This document shows positions 57,890-64,000 of a DNA stretch of 64,000 nt, piece after piece (position 1 is the stretch's first letter; each line of letters begins with the position of its first letter). The notes under the pieces were generated by a model that ran no database searches, was not told the origin of the DNA, and worked only from the letters and a program-made list of their open reading frames with translations. This DNA comes from an uncultured Candidatus Saccharibacteria bacterium. GTDB taxonomy: Bacteria > Patescibacteriota > Minisyncoccia > Phycocordibacterales > PALSA-1337. The stretch is from the NCBI GenBank assembly GCA_964406895.1, contig CAYOTK010000006.1, forward strand, positions 557 to 64,556. The letters run 5' to 3'. The position numbers and the translations under genes are program-made.

Positions 57890-59779
57890 TCAGCCGCCAG
57901 CGTTCACTTTATGTGAATATGCGATGGAGGGATCGCCTTGATCATGCAAGGCCCCCGTCCTCCAGAGAAGATCAAAGCCTGAAAGGTATTTTTCGTCGGT
58001 GAAAAAAGAAGTTACGATCAAGAAATCATGTTTTGCTTTTACAGGAACGCGTTCCAAAACAACGGCCTGCAACCTGGCACGATCAGTAATTTTTTTAGAT
58101 AAAATAAATCTATTTTTATCATTACTTTTTCTAATTTCATCTGGTTTAATTGTGATTTTCTCGAGCGAAGCAAGGATCTTCTTACATACTTTCCCTTTTT
58201 CCAGAACATGATTAAGTGAATATTGAGTGAACACGGAAAAAGACCGTTCTTTATCATTTTTGCACACTTCAAAAACATAGGTTTTAAAGTAAACTGGGAT
58301 TATCTTATTTGTCTCATTTAACAAACCTAATTGAATCAACCATTTATAATTAAATAAAATAACATTGTTTCGAAATCCACCAAACTTTTCGAGTAATTTC
58401 TTTCGGTACAAAAACAAAATCGTAAAGACCGCGTAAAAACAGACAACATACCAGAATGAAAATTGCGAAACATGCGCTGAAGCAAATGGAATTCTGGCGA
58501 ACTTTTCGACCATAAAAAGTTCATATGAAAGCAAACCGTGCGCTATAAGACCGGTTGCATATGACAAAGTATAAGAAACATATCCAAGAATTCCTGTCAC
58601 AAAAACAAATAACATTGTCACAGGAATAAACGGCAGAACCAAAATATTCACGACCATACCAATAATAGATATCTGCCCCATCATATATAGAATGTATGGG
58701 GAAACGAAAATCTGAGTAGCAATAGTCGAGGCAACGATACCACGCATGCCGAATTTCTCTGGTATAAACAACAATTTTCCCTCTATGGGACTCGAGAGAA
58801 ACATAAGTCCCATAGTTGCCAAGAAAGAAAGTTGAAAAGATGGATCGTGCAACAGAATAAGCGGATTTTGGATGAGCATGATGAGCCCCGCAAAAGCCAA
58901 AGCGCGACCGACATTATAATCACGCCTGATCAAACTCGCCATAAGAGCGATACTAGCCATCACACACGACCTCACAACGGTTGCGCCACCACCGACTAGA
59001 ATTCCGAATGAAGCAATACCGACACCGCCAATTATTATTCCCCATATGCGAGGCAAGAACACGAGCATTCTTCTCATCGAATCAGCAACAATAGTGATGT
59101 TATAACCGGACAGAACAACAATATGTATCAATCCCACAGTCCTGAAATCATCTATGAGCTCTTTGCCCAAAGCGCTTTTTTCCCCCACCACGAGTCCAGC
59201 TGCCAGAGCTGCATGTGGTTCACCCAGTACATTTTCTAGATTTGAAACGAAGCCTCTTTTGAGAGAGTAAAGGGCGTATGGCACAGAATTTAACAATTTT
59301 ATAAACCATGAATGACTTGCATCAACTGAACTTGTTCCGTTTTCGTGGGATGAATTCCTATTACTCAATTCGAGCAGATCAATTCTTGCACTTTTCATTT
59401 CATAAAAAATATTATCTTTGGCAAGATAACCTTCATAATCGAAACTTCTACCATCATTGCTTCGAAAATTGAAAGGTTTAGATATTTTTCCAGCGAATTT
59501 GACCCTGTCTCCATATCTATATACAGGATAAAGTTTGGTTTTGACTCTTACCAATAATTCAGCACCGCAAATATCTAAGCTTTTTATGATGAAAACCTGA
59601 CCCGACTCTTTCCTTTCTGGCTCTTGTACTATCATACCCACGCTTTCAATATTCTTTTTCAAACAATCAGAAATATCTGGAGCACGAATTCTGGCTGAAG
59701 CAATCAATCTCATCAAAGCCAAACCAATGAAAATGCCCCAAAAGACATACGTACTCCTCGAATATTTGCTCATCATCAA
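57890..59779 (-). CDS. comEC: DNA internalization-related competence protein ComEC/Rec2 (channel domain only; no intact MBL domain)
   Basis: AGLVVGEKSALGKELIDDFRTVGLIHIVVLSGYNITIVA (Competence domain), multiple TM helices; 3' end uncertain because the last ~130 codons run through GC-rich, possibly noncoding sequence. Confidence 0.75.
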   Translation of the reverse strand: MMMSKYSRSTYVFWGIFIGLALMRLIASARIRAPDISDCLKKNIESVGMIVQEPERKESGQVFIIKSLDICGAELLVRVKTKLYPVYRYGDRVKFAGKISKPFNFRSNDGRSFDYEGYLAKDNIFYEMKSARIDLLELSNRNSSHENGTSSVDASHSWFIKLLNSVPYALYSLKRGFVSNLENVLGEPHAALAAGLVVGEKSALGKELIDDFRTVGLIHIVVLSGYNITIVADSMRRMLVFLPRIWGIIIGGVGIASFGILVGGGATVVRSCVMASIALMASLIRRDYNVGRALAFAGLIMLIQNPLILLHDPSFQLSFLATMGLMFLSSPIEGKLLFIPEKFGMRGIVASTIATQIFVSPYILYMMGQISIIGMVVNILVLPFIPVTMLFVFVTGILGYVSYTLSYATGLIAHGLLSYELFMVEKFARIPFASAHVSQFSFWYVVCFYAVFTILFLYRKKLLEKFGGFRNNVILFNYKWLIQLGLLNETNKIIPVYFKTYVFEVCKNDKERSFSVFTQYSLNHVLEKGKVCKKILASLEKITIKPDEIRKSNDKNRFILSKKITDRARLQAVVLERVPVKAKHDFLIVTSFFTDEKYLSGFDLLWRTGALHDQGDPSIAYSHKVNAGG

Positions 59780-59826
59780 ATCATACAGATCGATGATAAA
59801 GATTTTCTAAAGATTAAATAAAGATT

Positions 59827-60591
59827 TTATGAATTTCGAGGTCGGACCTTTTGGAGGTCGGACCTCAAAAAATCTTCTTCTGCTTGATTGAGCGCCTTCT
59901 TATACCTGGCACCTTTCACACCCTTTACTCTCGCTTCGCAGTCCGCCCAACTTCTGTGAACTTTAACAACATTGTTAACACAACTTACATATGAATAGGC
60001 CTTAGCTTTTGATCTAGAATTCGAATCTGATTTCCTTTTATTTGCATTTTCATCCAAAGAAACATTTAGAATATTTGGTATTGAGTAGTTCTGAATCGAC
60101 CCTGAATATAATGCAACCGGATTGCCATCAGCAAACGATGTAGCAATAATATCGCAACGTTCATTGCCTAATATTCCCACATGACCTCCTATGTATTTCC
60201 ATGTAATATTCATATTGCCCGCAATCATATCAAGTTCTTCCCATAGATCCCTGTTTGAAACATCATCTTTTGTTTTTGTTTTCCAACCATTTCTTTTCCA
60301 GCCTTTTATCCATTTAGTAAATCCGTCCAAAAGATATTTGGAGTCTGTAAATATAGTTATATCTTCTTTATTTGAAACTTCATCGATACTTTTTAGGGCT
60401 TCTATTGCAGCCATGATTTCCATGCGATTATTCGTAGTATCAGCAACAAAACCACCGATTTCTCTTATAGAGGTCGGACCTTTTGGAGGTCGGACCTCGA
60501 TAACGACTGCTCCCCACCCACCATTGCCAGGATTACCTCTAGAGGATCCGTCTGTAAATATTGTTATTCCCATAGTTCTAAATATTATCAC
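59827..60591 (-). CDS. rnhA: ribonuclease HI with C-terminal hybrid-binding (caulimovirus viroplasmin-like) domain
   Basis: IFTDGSSRGNPGNGGWGAVV ... TTNNRMEIMAAIEAL RNase H catalytic motifs; C-terminal YSYVSCVNNVVKVHRSWADCEARVKGVKGARYKKALNQAEE resembles the HBD. Confidence 0.8.
   Translation of the reverse strand: MIIFRTMGITIFTDGSSRGNPGNGGWGAVVIEVRPPKGPTSIREIGGFVADTTNNRMEIMAAIEALKSIDEVSNKEDITIFTDSKYLLDGFTKWIKGWKRNGWKTKTKDDVSNRDLWEELDMIAGNMNITWKYIGGHVGILGNERCDIIATSFADGNPVALYSGSIQNYSIPNILNVSLDENANKRKSDSNSRSKAKAYSYVSCVNNVVKVHRSWADCEARVKGVKGARYKKALNQAEEDFLRSDLQKVRPRNS
59838..59866. repeat. 29-nt twin-hairpin repeat copy 1 (gaggtcggaccttttggaggtcggacctc); encodes the C-terminal residues of rnhA
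   Basis: 29/29 identity with 60470-60498; each half aggtcggacct is a 5-bp hairpin. Confidence 0.7.
60470..60498. repeat. 29-nt twin-hairpin repeat copy 2, in-frame inside the rnhA catalytic domain (encodes EVRPPKGPTS)
   Basis: Exact copy of 59838-59866. Confidence 0.7.
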
Positions 60592-62314
60592 AAATATCTT
60601 CTACTCGTAGCCTCAGCTCTATTTTATTTCTATAGAATGATTTTTCAATAGATGCGACTAGATTTATCTTTTCATTCTCTTTTATATTGCACAGTCTACT
60701 ATTTTCCACACCAAAGAAAGAAATCGCTGATATTTTCTGCCCATTACCTTTATCAAAAACAAATTCTAAATGATTGTTTGTCTTGCCGAATCTCCTAACT
60801 TGGATAGGAATAATATTCTGGAAAAGAAAAAGTGGTTTTGGATTACCCATACCAAACGGTGAAAGACTCATAATATCATTAATGAAATCATTGTTTATAT
60901 CTTTGAGTGATAAAATAGCATCTATCATATCAACATTATCATTACAAACTTCTTTGTTTGCATTTACCTTGCAACATGCATCATTGATTCTCTGTTCCAA
61001 TTGAAATACATCTTCATTACTAACCACAAAACCTCCTGAATGTTTGTGACCACCATATTGTACGAAAGTGTCCATGTGCGATTCTTTCATGACTTCTACT
61101 ATGTTTGTTGTGCCTTCAGATCTACATGAACCTTTTATTGTATTGTCTCCATCTCTTCCCCAGAGGAAAACCGGCCTGTTGAATTCTTCAGCACAACTAT
61201 TAGCCACAAGTCCGAGCAAAGAAGGTCTCCATTCAGGGTTTCCAAGCACTATTGCATAAGGCAAACTTGTCTTATCCTTGCCATATCGATCGTGAATTAT
61301 CTTTTTTACTTCTTTGACCAATGAAGCGACCACACCCTTTCTTTCGTTATTTATATGTTCCAGTTTTTCCAAATATTCATGTGCCTCATCTTCATTCTCT
61401 GCAGAAAGCAGATTGAATGCATCCATGGGTGCGCCCATTCTGGAGGCGGCATTTATTCTTGGGGTAATCATGAAAGAAACATCATCTTCACTCAAATTCT
61501 TTTGTGAAATATTCAATTTCGAAAACAACTTTAGCAATCCCTTCCTAGGACTTTTCCGTAAAACCATAAGGCCGTAGTTCGCGAAAACTCTATTTTCACC
61601 CAATAAAGGCACCATATCTGACAATGTAGCGATGCCGACCATATCTAAAAGCCATTTTTCTTGTCCCTCCTTCATTCCCAATCTTTCTTTGGCGAGAATC
61701 CCCTGTATTAACTTGAAAACCACACCCGATCCACAAAGATTCTTATCAGGATAATTACAATCAACTTGCTTATGATCTACGATTGCATACGCTTCCGGCA
61801 AAACTTGTGGCGCTTCGTGATGATCAGTAATGATAACTTCCATGCCTAGCTCATTTGCCTTATCAACCGCTTTCTTATCAGCAATACCACAATCTGCTGT
61901 TATGATAAGTTTCACCCCCTGCTCTGCGATAGTGCTGACAGCTTCTTCATTCAGGCCAAAACCTTCATTGTGTCGATGAGGAATATAGATTATAAAGTTC
62001 TCATAATTTATCTTTTTGAAAAAATCCTTGAATATAACCGCCGCCGGTATTCCGTCCGCATCATAATCTGTATATACTGCTATCTTCTCATTGTTTTTTA
62101 TGGCATGAATGATTCTGTCTACGGCTTTTCCCATATCCTTGAATAGAAACGGATCATGCATATCTCTTTCGTAATCAGGTTCCTTGAATATACGCGCCGT
62201 TTCATTATCTTTTATACCTCTATGAAATAAAATATGAGAGATTATGTCATTGTGTTCACTTAGCTTGTTTCTTTCCTCAGCATTGAGTTGTCTGTGTATT
62301 TTGTATTTCTGCAT
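60578..62314 (-). CDS. recJ: single-stranded-DNA-specific exonuclease RecJ
   Basis: DHH motifs DYDADGIPAAVIF, ITDHHEAP, DHH-associated DHHA1 and OB-fold region; start set at MQKYK (62314) rather than the upstream extension. Confidence 0.85.
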   Translation of the reverse strand: MQKYKIHRQLNAEERNKLSEHNDIISHILFHRGIKDNETARIFKEPDYERDMHDPFLFKDMGKAVDRIIHAIKNNEKIAVYTDYDADGIPAAVIFKDFFKKINYENFIIYIPHRHNEGFGLNEEAVSTIAEQGVKLIITADCGIADKKAVDKANELGMEVIITDHHEAPQVLPEAYAIVDHKQVDCNYPDKNLCGSGVVFKLIQGILAKERLGMKEGQEKWLLDMVGIATLSDMVPLLGENRVFANYGLMVLRKSPRKGLLKLFSKLNISQKNLSEDDVSFMITPRINAASRMGAPMDAFNLLSAENEDEAHEYLEKLEHINNERKGVVASLVKEVKKIIHDRYGKDKTSLPYAIVLGNPEWRPSLLGLVANSCAEEFNRPVFLWGRDGDNTIKGSCRSEGTTNIVEVMKESHMDTFVQYGGHKHSGGFVVSNEDVFQLEQRINDACCKVNANKEVCNDNVDMIDAILSLKDINNDFINDIMSLSPFGMGNPKPLFLFQNIIPIQVRRFGKTNNHLEFVFDKGNGQKISAISFFGVENSRLCNIKENEKINLVASIEKSFYRNKIELRLRVEDICDNI

Positions 62315-62347
62315 GTGATAGGAGTATAACAGAAAACATACGAGTAA

Positions 62348-62374
62348 GGGCGGGGTGACTTCGTCACCCCGCCC
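62348..62374. other. GC-rich 12-bp stem hairpin with UUCG tetraloop (gggcggggtgac-ttcg-gtcaccccgccc)
   Basis: Perfect self-complementarity read directly; lies between recJ start and the upstream GC-rich gene. Confidence 0.6.
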
Positions 62375-62379
62375 AAAAG

Positions 62380-62628
62380 CTATCTCCTTTTCCACTCGCG
62401 TTCCTTCCATGTCACCGTGCCGTCTGCACGGACGATGAATGGGGAACTCTTAGTTGAAAGTGCGATTCGCAGGAAGTCCGTTCGGATGATTATCTCACTT
62501 CCGACCGTCTTCTGCAGGAGGTTTTGGAGAAACCCAAGGGTTGGTGGCACATTTTCGGCTTTCTCCAATTCCGAAAGCGCCACTTCCGTAAGTTCCCTCA
62601 AAACTAGGGAGTAATTGATATTTTTCAT
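62380..62628 (-). CDS. hypothetical protein (82 aa) in GC-enriched segment
   Basis: ORF only; composition ~52% GC. Confidence 0.3.
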   Translation of the reverse strand: MKNINYSLVLRELTEVALSELEKAENVPPTLGFLQNLLQKTVGSEIIIRTDFLRIALSTKSSPFIVRADGTVTWKEREWKRR

Positions 62629-62739
62629 CGTTCTAAGTTCACATACATATTGACATCAAAACTACTCCATGTCAACCGTCCGTTATGTTTCAATGCCTTT
62701 GCAACACCTGTCACTTTTTAGTATTGAAATGACAACAAA

Positions 62740-62772
62740 AAGGCCGGAGCGCGCACGCACGCTCCGGTTTGA
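62740..62772 (-). terminator. rho-independent terminator for the 341-aa GC-rich gene
   Basis: ccggagcg-cgcacgca-cgctccgg hairpin; on minus strand followed by TTTTTGTTGTC. Confidence 0.6.
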
Positions 62773-62808
62773 AATTGGCGACACCCGAGGGTGTCTCGGA
62801 AAACAGAC

Positions 62809-63834
62809 CTACATACCATGCATACTCAGAGGGGTTGAGGTCGTATCCTGACCCACTCCGCCGTCACCGGCATTCAGATAGTCAATCGGCGGTCCCATCT
62901 TTCTGACCGGTTCTCCGCCGTTGAGAACCTGAAGAAGGGTGCCGATGATCCTCGCTTCGCTGAGCGGTCCATCTTCAGCAGTATCCAAGATCGAATCGTA
63001 GTGTTCTTGAATCGTCTGGACTGAAACGCACGGCTCAGCCAGACGCCTGATGAGGCCGGCATACCTGACGGCATCGTCAAGTCCCAACAATCGCAGTACA
63101 CAGGCCAGTTGACCCTGATTGAAAGCGAGCGCCTGCGGCGCCTGCGCTTCCAAGGCCACCACAAGCAGGTCTCTTACTGTCGGTCCCAACCCACGAGGAT
63201 TATTGTGGGCGAGATCAAGCAACAGGCCCTTGAACTGCGCAACCGTAACCAACGGCGGCGCCGGATCTTCCCTCTGCGGTTTCGGCGGCAGGACCACCAT
63301 CTGTTGCGCAGCCAGGGACGCAGGAATCTGAAGATCGTCGGTGTACGCGAGTTCTTTGTGACGCGGGGCAATGTCATTCGCCAGCCGTATGATTGTCTGG
63401 ATAGTTCTTTCATCACTAGACGCCCTTTTGATCGCAGCCGTAACCGCAGGCGCGTGATTAGCCAACACCGTTAACAAATGACCGGTGTCGATCTTCGAAC
63501 GACCTGAGGCATGTGCTTCCCGTTCGACCGAGTCCATAAGCACCCTCATCGTATCGGACAGGTCATCGCTGGAAACGTTGCAATCACGGATGAGCCAATC
63601 CGTCATACCATGAGATATGCGGAGCGGATCTACGAGGTGCAATTCTTCAAGGACGCTGAAAGCCACTGTAAGACGGATCGACAGCAGCCCCCGAAACACA
63701 TCGTCAGATTCGACGCGTCCAGCACCACCCCACTGAGCATGACCCTTCGCCCACCTCAAAACCCGCAAGGAGGCAGCTGTGAACGTTCTATCACTTATTT
63801 CAAACGGCATAGTTTTACCTTTCCCTTCAATCAA
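62809..63834 (-). CDS. orphan hypothetical protein in ~60% GC island; weak resemblance to Clp N-terminal repeat domains
   Basis: 341 aa; segments FTAASLRVLRWAKGHA ... and IDTGHLLTVLANHA are reminiscent of Clp_N repeats (low confidence). Confidence 0.35.
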   Translation of the reverse strand: MIEGKGKTMPFEISDRTFTAASLRVLRWAKGHAQWGGAGRVESDDVFRGLLSIRLTVAFSVLEELHLVDPLRISHGMTDWLIRDCNVSSDDLSDTMRVLMDSVEREAHASGRSKIDTGHLLTVLANHAPAVTAAIKRASSDERTIQTIIRLANDIAPRHKELAYTDDLQIPASLAAQQMVVLPPKPQREDPAPPLVTVAQFKGLLLDLAHNNPRGLGPTVRDLLVVALEAQAPQALAFNQGQLACVLRLLGLDDAVRYAGLIRRLAEPCVSVQTIQEHYDSILDTAEDGPLSEARIIGTLLQVLNGGEPVRKMGPPIDYLNAGDGGVGQDTTSTPLSMHGM

Positions 63835-63928
63835 CCCTCATTGGCTGATCGAGTTTGTCACAGATTACAATGAAGAATATGCCGATGTCAATATTCCGCG
63901 CCCCACCTTTACCTCATATAATACATCC

Positions 63929-64000
63929 ATGGACTGCATTTTTTGCAAAATTGTTAAGAAGGAAATTCCTGCTCATATAGTCTATGAAGACACAAACTTT
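63929..64000 (+). CDS. HIT-family (histidine triad) protein, N-terminal fragment; window ends inside the gene
   Basis: MDCIFCKIVKKEIPAHIVYEDTNF matches the HIT N-terminal consensus (CIFCKI..GEIPA..VYED). Confidence 0.55.
   Translation, partial: MDCIFCKIVKKEIPAHIVYEDTNF

Noticed and set aside
58039-58524. Small ORFs inside or antisense to the 3' portion of comEC
   Set aside because: They overlap the comEC reading frame or its antisense; no independent support.
59838-60498. Two identical 29-nt repeats ~630 bp apart, a length typical of CRISPR repeats
   Set aside because: Only two copies, the spacing is far too long for a CRISPR array, both lie inside or at the end of the rnhA coding sequence, and there are no cas genes. 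Reported as a coding-region repeat instead.
62315-62410. Upstream extension of recJ ORF to 62410 (MEGTRVEKEIAFGRGDEVTPPLL...)
   Set aside because: The extension is encoded by the GC-rich UUCG hairpin (62348-62374) and lacks similarity to RecJ. The conserved N-terminus starts at MQKYK (62314).

Overview
This is a 64 kb window from an AT-rich (roughly 35% GC) bacterial genome with hallmarks of a CPR/Patescibacteria-like organism: rpmD (L30) is absent between rpsE and rplO, several r-proteins carry terminal extensions, and the gene content is reduced. The backbone on the minus strand is the str-S10-spc ribosomal superoperon (rpsL-rpsG-fusA-tuf-rpsJ-rplCDWB-rpsS-rplV-rpsC-rplP-rpmC-rpsQ-rplNXE-rpsN-rpsH-rplFR-rpsE-rplO-secY-adk-map), here interrupted in at least six places by accessory cargo. 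The largest insertion (about 9.5 kb, between rpsN and rplE) carries a polytopic membrane protein, a HlyD/FtsX/ABC tripartite exporter, an MFS transporter, a Pif1-family helicase and GC-rich orphan genes. Other insertions are a bPH-like membrane protein (between rpmC and rplP), a hairpin-rich noncoding element (between rpsS and rplB), peptidoglycan-binding PT-rich surface proteins (between tuf, fusA and rpsG), a MITE-like inverted-repeat element (between adk and secY), and an M50 protease with rpmB (next to rpsL). The left third holds a glycosylation-like locus (FkbM methyltransferase, GT39 PMT-like and GT2 polyprenol-P-mannose-synthase-like pair), recG, a tRNA-Ile(UAU) with a tandem pseudo-tRNA fragment, ftsH, smpB-ssrA (tmRNA) with a small GIY-YIG-bearing islet flanked by copies of the tmRNA 3' end, a PLD/cardiolipin-synthase-like gene, infC-rpmI-rplT, a beta-CASP MBL ribonuclease and ndk. 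The right end holds rpmB, a cytidylyltransferase-like gene, a split and degenerate ComEC (competence channel plus stand-alone dead MBL domain), Fe/Mn SOD, a frameshifted B3/4-domain gene, rnhA (with hybrid-binding domain) carrying a 29-nt twin-hairpin repeat in its coding sequence, recJ, a GC-rich two-gene island and the start of a HIT gene. No CRISPR array, rRNA or obvious integrase/transposase gene was seen. The most unusual things found are the accessory cargo embedded in the ribosomal operons, several discrete GC-rich orphan islands, and multiple long perfect inverted repeats.
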